Positions 1 through 11,959 of a stretch of DNA of 64,000 nucleotides are shown piece by piece. The stretch lies in NCBI GenBank assembly GCA_973895155.1, contig OZ316896.1:15748576-15812575 (forward strand). The letters run 5' to 3'. The notes beneath the pieces were generated by a model, which worked only from the letters and a program-made list of their open reading frames with translations, searched no databases and was not told where the DNA came from. Source of the DNA: Marsupella aquatica (lineage: Eukaryota > Plantae > Marchantiophyta). Every line of letters starts with the position of its first letter. The first letter of the stretch is position 1. The position numbers were made by a program, and so were the translations under genes.

Positions 1-970
1 AAATATAATCTATGAACTTTGAGACAAACTCATTCACAATTTTAGATATCTTTCTATATGATCTTATTAACTAGACTGAGTTTTAGAATAAACTTTATGT
101 TTAATATAAGATAAAAATAGAGTTAAGTCTTGATTTGGTGAACATTCAGGTTCTTAACCTTAGTAATATCAACAACTATGTCATTGAAAATATTGAAATG
201 AGAGATATTAAAGAATTCTCATGATCACATGATTCTTATCTTATGATAAAAATCAAACATATCTTATACCATAAATTGACAATCTAGCAATGTTACGTTA
301 AACTAGCATGTCTTCACCCTAAACTTTGACACATGAAATAGTCAAAACTCTTAAATTTCAATGTGTTTTAATAAAATTAGATCCATAAAAAGGATGCACA
401 ATATCAATTATGAGTCCATCGAAATTGTAAATTTATATCTATGATTAGTGATAAGATCGTCATCTTCAAATCAAAGATCTCAACTAATGGTTATTTATTG
501 GTGGCATAACTCTCCAAGAAATGAATCTTAAATTTGTTATGAAAATCAATGATATAATTATCCGATTCAATCTCAAATGTTGTCGACTCGTGTTGGGTCT
601 ACATTTAATTTTTTTTTCTTTCGCGTTGTTATTGGCTAACTAAATTGATTTCCACACTTTCCGATTGCCCTTTTAAAAATATTATGATTTACTAATATCA
701 AATGTTGATTGGTAAACATCGTATAATCTTTAAAAAGATATTGACATTTTGTGATACAAATTTATAATTTAGTTATATTTGTATAATGCAACGTCTGATT
801 GCGAACAAAAATACTCGATCACAAGCACCAATATTCCTAAATCTAAAAACAATGGTACTTCAATATATACTCGTATTTTTAATTTTGAAATTTGCAATAC
901 ATGTAAGATGTTATGGGACATAAATTAGTATGGATATAATTTGTTTTGGGGCTAAAATTTATCATGATGT

Positions 971-1056
971 TCTCTTAATATATGAAAATTTATTTATTTT
1001 AATATGTTATAGATTATATAAATAGTTTAGTAGTTAGATTATTATATTTAGATTTT
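971..1056 (+). mobile_element. Helitron-like 5' terminus (same family as the element starting at ~37598)
   Basis: TCTCTTAATATATGAAAATT...AATATGTTATAGATTATATAAATAGTTTAGTAGTTAGATTA closely matches 37598-37685, the TC-starting end of an element with a canonical Helitron 3' end. No matching 3' end was found for this copy. Confidence 0.5.
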
Positions 1057-1251
1057 AATAACTATTTTAGCTATAGTATACGAACTACAGTAGTTCCACC
1101 AACTACAATAATTTTAGTGACAGTTTCTTCACACTAGGTCTCGAATGAACGGTTTTATTCACACTAGGCCTCGAATCGGCCTATCTTCTTTCCACATAAC
1201 CCAAGTCAAGTCATAGATTGCAATTTCCAATGAATCCTACAATTAAATAAG

Positions 1252-1497
1252 TCAATTATAGAAAACAAAGACTATGATCTTAAAATTTACCATAGATGAT
1301 ATAATCACAGGCTCTGGCATCCTAAGCATAACATTGTATCTTTCATCTCCATACTTTCTAACTAAAATATCTCTATAATTAATCTTTTTACGACATATCA
1401 CTCTAATGTCAATAGATGAAGGAAAATTAGACACATTATTAAGAAGCCTATTCAAATCTAACTCCGATACATTTACGGGTTGTCTATTAAAATCCAT
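1252..1497 (-). CDS. Small orphan ORF B (81 aa), paralog of ORF A
   Basis: ATG directly follows the stop of ORF A (TAG ATG, same frame). Shares the IRxxCxxKxxxRxxLxxx[YF]GxE motif and a hydrophobic C-terminus. Confidence 0.4.
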   Translation of the reverse strand: MDFNRQPVNVSELDLNRLLNNVSNFPSSIDIRVICRKKINYRDILVRKYGDERYNVMLRMPEPVIISSMVNFKIIVFVFYN

Positions 1498-1731
1498 CTA
1501 ATATAAAATAAAAATAGTTATATTCCATTCATTTCCATAAATAACATTCGGATATACAAATAGTGCGTTGCTATTCATAACTGTTTTCATTAACTCAAAC
1601 CCAAAATGATAAAGAAGATGCATTCTCATGGTATACTTGCTAAGACAATGAATTCTAATTAAGAAAGAATTGACAAATGGCACAGCAGGTGGAGGATAAA
1701 CTCTAGATACTCTATTTATCATATTATTCAT
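1498..1731 (-). CDS. Small orphan ORF A (77 aa from first ATG), paralog of ORF B
   Basis: Open frame in very AT-rich DNA. Ungapped 28-aa alignment to ORF B has 10 identities (F..S..IR..C..K...R..L....G.E). Its TAG abuts the ATG of ORF B. Confidence 0.4.
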   Translation of the reverse strand: MNNMINRVSRVYPPPAVPFVNSFLIRIHCLSKYTMRMHLLYHFGFELMKTVMNSNALFVYPNVIYGNEWNITIFILY

Positions 1732-2050
1732 TACAAACACACTAAATTGATCTCAAGACTAATAAATATAAATCATAAAATAGTTCTAAGGCCAACAATC
1801 AAGTTAGTACCCAAGTATGGATGTAAATAATAAACAAGACATGTCCACAAGAGGGGAAGAGTTCCTTATAGTATTGCGAGTCCAATATGATAGATCAAAC
1901 AATACAAATGAGAAGAGTGTGCTCCTCTTCACTTTATTTATAGTGCCCCTTTATGTTTTCCAAGAGGACATGGATCGATACCTTCACCCTTTTGGATGGA
2001 AGCCAAGTGGCAAGCATCAAACACTTACAAGTGTGCTAGTACTATTCATA

Positions 2051-2200
2051 GTTAGTGGAACTACTGTGCGTAGTTGGTGGAATTATTACACGTAATTAGT
2101 GGAACTACTATGCGTAGTTGGTGAAACTACTATACGTAATTGATGCAAGTACTATACATAATTGATAAAATTATTATGCATAAATGGTGAAATTACTATG
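2051..2200. repeat. Degenerate ~21-bp tandem repeat (GTGGAACTACTATGCGTAGTT-like, ~7 copies)
   Basis: Repeated gtggaactact(a/g)tgcgtagtt units that diverge progressively to the right. A related inverted copy lies near 1088-1106. Confidence 0.7.
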
Positions 2201-2329
2201 TACCATTGTAGAATGTACACATTGCATATAGAATATAACATATATCCTCTAATAATACTACTATGAAGTTTTTAAATAAAATATTTTTCACATAAACTCA
2301 AATAACACAATATGGATTCTAGCCTTCTA

Positions 2330-4411
2330 AAGGGAATTTCCACGACAGCGTCCGCCACGTCTTTCACGTTCTCCACATCCTCCACGTCCTCTAAGGGGCC
2401 GTTAAAAATTATGTTGTGGGCGTTGGTTAAAGAAACTTTCCTTGTTGGGGTTGTTTCTCCGGTTGCCATTCCTAGTGCGCTTAATACCCTGCCTTGATGT
2501 GGAGTGTTCAGCATTTTCTATATTATGGGTTTTACTCTATGGTCCTGGGGTTAGTGTACCCGTAAGGCATTTTCTAGAGTTAACTAAAAGAAGCTCTTGG
2601 TTTCTTTCTGTTACTAGGAGGTGGGCGATGAGCTCTGAGTATTGTCTGAACTTCATGTTCCGGTACTGAGTTGATAGTAACACGTTCGAAGAGTGAAACA
2701 TGGACAAGGTCTTTTCTAGCAAGTCCTTGTCGGCGACTGACTCGCCATAGAGTGCAAGGGTTGAGATGGATGTGAAGTGCTGGACTTGTAGGTTTAGTCA
2801 TTCTTGGCGGGCTCTAGGTAGTTCGGCCAATTTCTGGTGATTGAATCGGGTCTTAAGCGCTGTCCATAGCTCGCAAGGGGTTGAGAGATGCATGTATTAT
2901 CTTTGCAAGAACCTATGGATATGACGTCTAAGAAATACTAGGGCGTTGGATTCATTGGCTTTGATTAACGGGTTTGGTTGGGGTTCGCCAGCTAGTATGG
3001 GTTGGGCGATCCCTATAGCGGGGAGTAGGGTTAAAGAGGTCAGGTTCTCCTTTAGGTTCATGGATCACTCGAGGTAATTGTTACCATCAATTTCTAAAGC
3101 TGGGAAAATCAATTTCTCCAGGTTGGCCATTGGGGGTGGTGGCTAGGTTTCTTTTAATGGTAATTGGGGCTTATGTTCTCTAAGTATAGTAAAAATTGAC
3201 AAAACACATTGGCATGCAAAGTGAGACTGGGTGCAGAGAGCATACAAATCTGGAATTCAATTTTAGGGTTTGCACTTAGGATTTAGGTTTTTTTTGTTAT
3301 TTGGTTAACTGCAAAGTTTCTTTTGTATTTTCTCTTTCCTTTGTTGAATTGTGCAGTAATAGAGTTTTGTAGTTTGTGCAATTATGAAGGTTTTGCGATT
3401 ATGTGCGCTTATTTTGTTAAGTACATGGGTTGCTTTGTATGAAAAAGTTTCTCTGTAAAGTATTGTACTTAGGGGGGATTGCGACTTATCAATTTCTTGA
3501 TGTTTTCTTGAGTTCCTGCACCCGGGCTATGCCTGCTTGGCCTTCGTTCTCTTGTCTTGTGCCCTTTCAAGTCTCAATTCTTCAATTCAGGTTCTTTCCC
3601 ATGCCCGTTGTACTGCCTATCGAAAGCCAAAAATGTTTTTCCCTTCCAGACGATCGGTCTCCGCTTGTCCTTCTCTCTCAGGTGCGTACTACAATTTAGG
3701 GGATTATAATCTTCGATCTTCTTTCTCGCCTCTTTCTCGCTTGGTTCATCCGTATTTGCTCTTTTTGTTAGTTCCGCTCCTCCTTTAATGTGTCTTTTCT
3801 CTTTCTAAGTCCCCTCGCAATGATTTTCTAGAGGAATCAGTCTTTGCAGTGCCCCTTTCTCGATCGCTCTTTTGTTTTATCGATTTTTCTCGCTGTTAGC
3901 GTAAGGATCAATGCTTCTGTTTCCTTCCTCTCTTTTGGGACTTTTCTTATCGGATTTATTTCACCTATTTGCTTTTGAATGGCTTCCTCTCGATGTCTTC
4001 TCTTGTTTATATCTGTCTTGTTGATCTATTGCATCCTTATCGATTTACTTTTTCCCCTCAAAATTCTCCTTTTGCGCTATTGAGATTCAATGGATTCAGA
4101 TTTGATTGCACTTTTCAAGGCGTTTTTTCTCTCTTCTATTAGAGGGTTCATGTTTGATTCCTCGCTCCCTGTTTCCAGCAATCTTCATAGCCCTTCGAAA
4201 ATTTCTTAGCCTCCTTCTTTTACTTCTGTATGTTCATTCTTCCTTCTATGATCTCGTTTGCATTTCTGCTTTGACTCTTCATTCGCTTTTATTTGCCATA
4301 GTCTTGTTCAATTAGATTCTTCATCATTCGCCACTTAAAATTGTTCAATCTTTCATAATTTTCTTTTCTTTCTCCTTTGCTCTGGTGGTTGAGCTCTCGT
4401 ACTGATAACGT
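2330..4411 (-). mobile_element. Truncated Ty1/Copia (Bianca-like) retrotransposon: PBS, 5' UTR and degenerate gag
   Basis: Minus-strand gag from ATG 3130 reads MANLEKLIFPALEIDGNNYLE*. It continues as MLEKTLSMFHSSNVLLSTQYRNMKFRQYSELIAHLLVTERNQELL, then a G/R-rich stretch. The PBS-like CGTTATCAGTACGA at ~4397-4410 matches the Bianca-type CGTTATCAGCACGA. No pol region is present. Confidence 0.75.
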
Positions 4412-4514
4412 ATGATAATGTGAATGTCAATAGCTGTCGTATAGTCTGGAAAGGTGTGTACATGTAGTAGTGTCGGATGACTGGCTGGTCTGGTCATTAG
4501 GAGGTAGAGTCTAA

Positions 4515-4880
4515 CAAAAAAAAATTCAAGTTATTATATTTTTAGAATTCTAAGATATTAGAGATAAAATAAATATGTATAAATAAGATAGGTGGAAAAG
4601 ACAAAAATACACCATTTGACCAAAACACTTGGTGGGCTATCTTGGTCTTTGGTCCTTGGTGGGCTACATTGGTCCTTAGTGGGCTACCTTGGTCCTTGGT
4701 CTTGGGTGGGCTATTTTGGTCCTTAGTGGGCTACTTTGGTCTTGGGTGAGCTACCTTGGTCCTTGGTCCTTGGTAGACTATCTTGGTCCTTGGATTTGGT
4801 GGGGGTTGTTACTTAGTAGGAGTAGTATAAATAGTAAAGTTTTTTTAGGTCAATGTCCATTCTTCCATTCTTGCACATCT
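4515..4880 (+). repeat. Partial 5' LTR copy
   Basis: Direct repeat of ~8250-8548, including internal GGGCTACCTTGGTC micro-repeats and a TATAAATA box. Confidence 0.75.
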
Positions 4881-7800
4881 TTTGGTCAATGTCCATTCTT
4901 CCATTCTTCCTCTTGCAAATGGGAGGTGGAGGGGCATCCATGATGCCAAGAACTACAGTTGTCATTTGTTGGAATTGTGGTAAACCAGGCCACTATTCAA
5001 ACAATTATCTAGAGCAAAAGAAGCAAGGATATGGGATACCGCCTCTACTCTGTGGTGTGTGCAAAAGATAGGGTCACACAACTGCAAACTGTCCTATTGG
5101 AGCTGGAATAAGAGTGATGATAGGGAGACCAGAAGTGATAGCACCTATGGTAGCTTAAGCACCTAGAGAAACCACTATGAATTACTTGAGTATGGAATGG
5201 CAAGAGAAAGAAGAGGTGGAGGGTGACCCAGGTTGGGAATACCAGGATGAGATGGCTGGTTTGGAGACCCCTGAAGATGAGGAGCAATGTTATAAGGTGT
5301 TTACCAGGTTAACAAGGAGGAAGGACCGTCAAATAGAGAAAGAGCACAACAAAAAGGCCAGGAAGGAGAAAACAACATTTGAGATGACATTAGGAGTCCC
5401 ACCAGAGCAAGATAGTGACTATAGGAGGGACCACCCCAAGCTCTTTTACCCCAAGGTAAATGAGGAGGTGAAGAAACAATTGGAGGAGTTGAAGACCATG
5501 CAGCACCAAAAGGCTCTTGATAAGGATTTGAAGAAAACAAGACTTCTGAAGACAAAGAAGGATGGCAAGAACAAGAGAGAGGAGGAACAAGTTGTGACAA
5601 TGTAACCCTATGACATCAAAAAGGATGTAAAAGAATGCCTTGTTACAGCTACTGTTGGACAGCTCATCAAGGACAATCCTTTCTATAGGAAGCAATTGAG
5701 AGAGATGTTAGTTGGTAAGAAGAGGAGAGGTTGCCAAAGGTGGAAACTCCAACTGATGTGATGATGATATGTGAAGATCAGGGGGCACCAAAAATTGACA
5801 TTCAAATAAGTGGGTGTGTGCTTTCATATGTGCCTTTTGATGGAGGCTCAAGAGTCAACATTATGATTGAGGCAACAACAAACAACTTGGCTTCAAGAAA
5901 CTCCAGTACACAGCCAGGACTATGAGGTTAGCCAATGGAGCAAGGGTGCTGCCAGTGAGGACCCTCATCAAGGTACCAACACTTATTGGAGGTAAAGAAT
6001 TCTTACTGAATTATTTGGTGATGAGGCCAGCTAGGCCTTCTACCTACCCAATCTTGATTGGTACACCATGGCTTTATGGAGCTAAGGTGACTTCTGATTG
6101 GGGAAGAAAAAAATTTAGATTTGGAAAGCCATCTATTTCAGTACCTTGGGTCAAGATGAGCATGAGGGAGAGACCACTCCAGAAAAAGAGGAGTATGATT
6201 ATGAGATTGTCACCGACTTAGAATCAGATGAAGATGAAGTTTTTATGCTGGATTTTGTGAGTAGATTGACTGAGGAAGAAATGTTTGGAGAGGAAGATAC
6301 CATTGTCAACTAAGATGGAAGTCTAACCAAAGAGGGGTCTGCAAAAGAAAATAATAAGCTTGAGAACTCTACATTAAAGGAGGCCAAGGCCAAAATTGAC
6401 CTAGAGAAAGAGCTTACAAGTCAAGACCAAACCAGTAAAGAGAAGAATCCAATCAGGGATGCACCTTTGAAGAAAGTGAAGGAACCTTGGCAGGAAGGCT
6501 TGAGGCTAGCACAACTAGAGGAGGCATTGGATCCAACCTTGAGGAACCGCATGGAGATGATCAGATCCAAGCAATACAGGAAATTTTTTGTGAAGGAGGA
6601 TAAAGATTTAAATCTGGGATATGTTCTCGGCCCACCTGAAGAGAAGACCATTCAAAATCTATTAGTTGACTATGTAAATATCTTTACATGGAGTTATATT
6701 GATCTTACTAGAGTTAACCCTGAACTAGGAGAACATAGGATTGATTTGATGTTGGGAGCCAGACCAGTTCGCTAAAGGCAATATAGAATGAATCCAAAAT
6801 ATTCATTGATGGTGAAAGATGAGATTGATAAGTTATTGGAGGCTGGTTTTATATATCCCATGCTTAATAGTGAATGTGTATCACCTATAGTTGTGCCAAA
6901 AAAGTCAGAAGCTGATAGAAAACAAAAAATCAAAATGTGTCAAGATTTTAGGAAGTTGAATGAGGCCACTAAGAATAACCATTACCCTATCCCTTTTACC
7001 GACATGGTACTTGACATAGTAGGTGGATGGGAGATCTATAGTTTCTTGGATGACTATTCAGGTTACAACCAGATATGGATAAGGAAGGAAGACCAGCTCA
7101 AGACCACCTTCACCACGAAATGAGAAGTTTAGGCACTATTTATTGGGTTACAAAGTCATCTTACTGATCACAATGCCTTGAAGTATATGGTGAACAAGGC
7201 TGATGTAACCGGTAGGGTAGTAAGTTGGGTCTTGCTTTTACAAGAGTTTGATTATGAAGTAAGAGTTAGACCTGAAAAGACTCATGGCAATGGTGATTTT
7301 TCTCAAGGATTCATGGGCCAGCAAACCGCGCTGAGGTGGATAATCAATTCCTTAATGAGAACCTATTCCAAGTAAAGATTGAGGATGACACATGGTACTT
7401 GGAAATCATCAACTTTCTTAAAATTGCTAGGGTACCAAGAGAGATGGGAAAGAAGTTGTTGCTGTATTTTTTAGGAAGGTTAGACCATACATATTGATAA
7501 AAGATGTTTTACACAAGGAGGGTGTAGATGGAAGGCTAAGGAGGTGCCTGGAGAAAAATCAAATTCACGTGGTGATGAAAGCTCTATATGAAGAGGAGAC
7601 TGGTGGATACTATGCAACGACTACTATCTTTAGGAAAATTCTAGATGCTGAATATTGATGGCCAACACTCCACAAAAATGTACAAGGGTTTGTGAAGGGT
7701 TGTGACCTTTGCCAACGGACAGGCCAACCTGCCGTGACAAGTAACCATCCTCTCACTCTTATTTTACCTTTAGCACCCTTTGAGAAGTGGGCTATTGACT

Positions 7801-8036
7801 ATGCTACTAAGTGGATGGAAGCTAGAGCTACAATCAAGAATAATACAAGGACAGCAGCTAGGTTTATATATGAACAACTTTTCACAAGGTTTGGCTCTCC
7901 CTTAGAGTTGGTGAGTCATAGGGGAGCTCATTTCTTGAATGAGGTGGTGGAAGAACTCACTAACCACTACTTAGTGAAAGAGAAGATTTTTTCTTTAATC
8001 CAAGGTAGATAAATACTTAGTATTAGTTGAAGGGAG

Positions 8037-9151
8037 TGTTATTTAATTATTTATTAATTTTGGGGTTTGAAAAGTATTTTTCTGAAATGGTGACATCATT
8101 TTAGGAACCCTCCGACCCAAAACTAGACTTTGAGTGGCCAACAAAAAATATATTTTAAGAATAATAATTTAGCTTAGGATTGAAGAGTTATAGCTAAAAA
8201 TACAGTTTGACACCTAAATATAATGAAAATATCCTATAAGAATGGACACAAAACAATTCAAGTCATTATATTTTTAGAATTCTAAAATATTAGAAATAAA
8301 ATAAAAATATATAAATATGATAGGTGACAAAGACAAAAATACACCATTTGACCAAAACACTTGGTGGGCTACCTTGGTCTTTGGTCTTGGGTGGGCTATC
8401 TTGGTCTTTAGTGGGCTACCTTGGTCTTTGGTCTTGGGTGAGCTACCTTGGTCCTTGGTCCTTGGTAGGCTACCTTGGTCTTTAATAGGAGTAGTATAAA
8501 TAGTGAAGTTTTTTAGGCCAATGTTCATTCTTCCATTCTTGCACATACTTGCTCTAGCTTGATGAGTAGTGCTTGGATGAGGAGTTTGTATCATGTATGG
8601 ATCTCATTGTGTATGTAGTAAAATGCTTTCTACTTTGAAACCACACCTTGATGTGTACATGCACTTAGGTGGAAAGAAGCTAGGTTGTAGATTGTGCTTC
8701 AATGGATATTTGGATGAAGATCGAAGGCCTTGGTGTTTGTTTTATATTGTTGAAGTTCAGAGATGAGAGATTGTGCATTTTGAAGTTGTGCTATTAATGG
8801 AGTTTTGTTAGTGACAAGAAAAAGCTTAGACATTGAATTGATCATAAGTTAGAGATGTGTGATTAAAGATCTTGGGCAAGAGCTTGAGGCGAGTCAAGTT
8901 TCATCGGTTGAACTTGGGGATGAATGAGGTTCAAGTGAGTACTAAGGTCATTCAGTAGAGTAGGGAAGGAAGATGATTCATAGATGACAGCTATGAATGA
9001 TTGTGTTTTATGGCAAAACGATGAGAGTTGAGGGTGTGTGAGTTGAAGGTAGATTCAAGTAGAATCTATATTTTTGGTGGCGAAAACCAAACTACCTATG
9101 AGTGTGAGTGTTTTGAGATAATAGCAACAAATTTCCAAAAAGGGCCCTTCA
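8037..9151 (+). repeat. Probable 3' LTR of the Gypsy element
   Basis: Begins TGTT just after a short purine run (GAAGGGAG), contains the segment repeated at 4515-4880, and may end at ...GGCCCTTCA. Boundaries are approximate. Confidence 0.55.
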
Positions 9152-9350
9152 ATAGGATAATATTATAAGATATTTAGGGGTAAGTAACTTATTAGTTTTT
9201 ATATAAGTTATTGACAATCGTTATAAAGAGGATGACACTTTCTCTATTATTGATCCTCTTGTTCGATTGGTTGATTGTTGTGTTCAATCTATTGGTTGTC
9301 ATCTTCATCTCACGGGTACTTCAGGTGGCTCTCCAATTATATTGTATAAC

Positions 9351-10067
9351 ATGGAAGGATCATACACAAAGAAGTGTTATCATGAAAAGTGCGCTACACG
9401 CCTTGATAAGTTTACGACGACAATTACTGAACTAAAATTGAAAGCTGATTTTGATTGGCTCTCAGTATGGGAGACTGTTGGGGAATCTATTTCGGAGGAA
9501 GCAGAAGAAACAAGAAGGCAGAGTCTCATCCCTGACCTCTCGAATTTGCTGACAGAGGGATATGTTTGGCCTCTAATTAGAAATGCATTTGAGTCTGCAA
9601 ATGCACATGGCACTGATGATGATGATGCTACCTTCAAGACGATCGACAACATGCGCATATTGTCTAGAGTTAGTAGGAAATGGAGATTCCTTGTGACTCA
9701 CTCAAAAGGATGGGCAACGTTAAAAGTGGTAAAGGACGTCATTAAAAATATGGACGACAATCGACATTGTAATCGTCACTCAACCGCGGGTACATTTTGT
9801 ATTCTCTTACGTTAAATTCCGTCTATTGATGCCCTTTCTATGATGTTAGTTACATCGCTCTCAAGTCTTGGGTGGCAAACTACGTCTGGAGGACGGAGAT
9901 ATATGAGAGGGATCTGTATGATAAGTTTTTTGATGAAGATGTGCTAGGAAGAGTCTAGGACTGGGTGGAGAACAGGTTCACCCCAATCTTATGGTGTGAC
10001 AATGTAGAAAAGTTGTCGAGCAACAATCCGAACAGTGGCTACATGCTTTATTCTAGTGATATTTGAT
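9351..10067 (+). pseudogene. Decayed intronless F-box-like ORF
   Basis: LIPDLSNLLTEGYVWPLI...MRILSRVSRKWRFLVTHSKGW resembles a split F-box motif (LP.L..E....I / L.RVSR.WR.LV....W). The protein-like reading continues after a frameshift (PFYDVSYIALKSWVANYVW...*DWVENRF...). Confidence 0.45.
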
Positions 10068-10235
10068 TGTGAAGACACAGGAGATCATTGCAAATAGCAT
10101 TGTCGATAGAGTCCACTAGCCACTAGGTCATGTCATGATTTGAACTCATCATGTAATAATGAGGTTAGGGCTAGCATCATGGACTAATTTTGTACGACAT
10201 TTTTCAATAATAAAAAAACTTATATTATCACAATA

Positions 10236-10720
10236 TTGGTGTGGTCTTTTTTCCCTCCTGGCAGCCTCGCCGACATCCATACGACATCGTTGGAATTCGG
10301 CAAGGATCTCCGAGATGTAGTGTTCCTGAACCCTACTCACCTTGGAGACATTCGCCGTTTGTTAGATCTGAGCGACCCTCGTCGAAATAGAACTTTGCTG
10401 AAATGGAACTTCCCAATCAGATGTCCTTGCCAAAATTGCACTTACCAGGAAAAAGTAAAAAATCGGATCTCAGATACCCTTGCCAAAATTGAACTTATGA
10501 TCATAATCTTGACCGTTGTCGAGTGAGAAAACCGCCAGATCTCGGAGACCCTCTCCGAGATTTACTTACACCCTAAACTTTTTATTGTCAAACTAACAAA
10601 AAAGTCGCTGGCATCATTGTCTCTTCAACTGTCTAGGGATAGGATACCAATAATTGTTGTATTTTTAGTGGCGATGATGATGATTGTCTTGTACGTTGTA
10701 GGTCACCTCAACACGGACTA
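10236..10720 (+). pseudogene. Decayed orphan ORF with CxCxxC motif and C-terminal hydrophobic segment
   Basis: The frame continues past one TGA (VVE*ENRQISETLSEIYLHPK...) to IPIIVVFLVAMMMIVLYVVGH*, and contains CPCQNC. Confidence 0.35.
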
Positions 10721-10879
10721 GATAGCATTGACGGAAAGTGACATGCATGTGAATAGATATGTACCCGTTATATGTACGCCAATTACTTCCATTACCCGAT
10801 CCCTTTTAGTACATATTTGGTATATGATATGAATCAATTGTTCCATCCAGACTCATTCTTATAAAAGTCCTTGGTAAAC

Positions 10880-11634
10880 ATGGCGCGAACAAAGATGGAG
10901 GTGAAGGCAATGTGGCAGCACGATGCGCCCTCCAATTTTTCACCTTCTTTCTCATCAGGGTAGAGCACCATGGCCAGAGTGGAGTCTATGATCGATGTCC
11001 AAGACATGCACAACCCACTATCTTCGCCATTTTGGGCATCGTCCCATAGAAGAGGAAACGAGGTCGGCCGAGGAAGCATCCCATCGTAATGTCGATAGCG
11101 TTACCTGATAATGAAGCTCCTTGGCTCTTGACAGAGAAGAGGAAATGAGGTCATTCCAGGAAGCATCCCATCGTAATCTCAATCGCGTTACCTGATAATG
11201 AAGCTCCTCGGCTCTTGACAGAGAATAGGAAATAAGGTCGCCCTAGGAAGCATCCTGTTGCAATGGCTACCACACTGCCTGACGGTGATGGTGAAGTTCC
11301 TTGTCTGTTGAGATCTCCAGATAATGGCAAGGCTATTGGTGGTGCAAACAGAATGAACGAGAAGTTGAAAATGCCCGTAGATGTTGCGGCTAAGTTCAAC
11401 GGTCGTGACAACACAACCAGCCATAAGGACTCGCCCAGTACCAAGTGTTCAAAATATGCTGATGTTGACTTTGGATTTGCTAAGGAGTTGTTAAAGAGTT
11501 TGGATGCGGAGATCGCGGACAGCAAGTCAGACTTCCAGAAGCCTATGAGCCTTCATGTAGATATGCAGGCTAGGCTATCTGAGGTGTGTGACAACGTCCA
11601 GAATCTATGGGTAAAAATTAATGACCTCCTCTAG
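10880..11634 (+). pseudogene. Decayed triple AT-hook protein gene
   Basis: Three 87-bp/29-aa repeats start at 11050 (KRKRGRPRKHPIVMSIALPDNEAP.LLTE). In copies 2 and 3 the Arg codon CGA has become TGA or TAA. The C-terminus is coiled-coil-like, and TATAAAAG lies ~20 bp upstream of ATG 10880. Confidence 0.6.
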
Positions 11635-11959
11635 GCAAGAGCTGAATTGGGGGCGTACACTGGAGTGAATGTACAAAAAACATGAATTTCTAGTACACAT
11701 TTACTTGTAGGAAATAGCAGAACATTGTAGCCTCAAAGTTTTGATACATTTTGGTAGTTACAAAATTGTTCGTCAGTAATGATTTTATGGAGTGTCAAAT
11801 TAAACTGGACGATGATAGTAGAAATTCGTCTAATTGGCTGTGTCAAACATTTGTCAAAGAGCTTAAGCATCTTTTCCCCTAAAAAACTACCTAATACTTG
11901 TTCCATGTCATACCAGGGTCACAAAGGATTGACAAAACTTCTGAAATGTGCATGCAAGG

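Larger units (their letters stand above)
4515..9151 (+). mobile_element. Degenerate, internally deleted Ty3/Gypsy LTR retrotransposon
   Basis: Domains in Gypsy order: two zinc knuckles (CWNCGKPGH, CGVCKR*GHTTANC), protease (FDGGSRVNIM), RT N-half (EHRIDL..RMNP..EIDKLLEAGFIYP..QDFRKLNEAT..FLDDYSGYNQI), RNase H tail (TDHNALKY..WVLLLQEFD) and integrase (WPTLHK..CDLCQR..PFEKWAID..RFGSPLELVSHRG). Many stops and frameshifts; flanked by LTR-like direct repeats. Confidence 0.9.

Noticed and set aside
4689-4943. Trp/Leu/Gly-rich membrane-like ORFs (also 8274-8594 and 8317-8499)
   Set aside because: Translations of GGGCTACCTTGGTC micro-repeats inside the LTRs.
10880-10900. MARTK start resembling histone H3
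   Set aside because: Only five residues match, and no H3 tail (QTARKSTGG) or histone fold follows.
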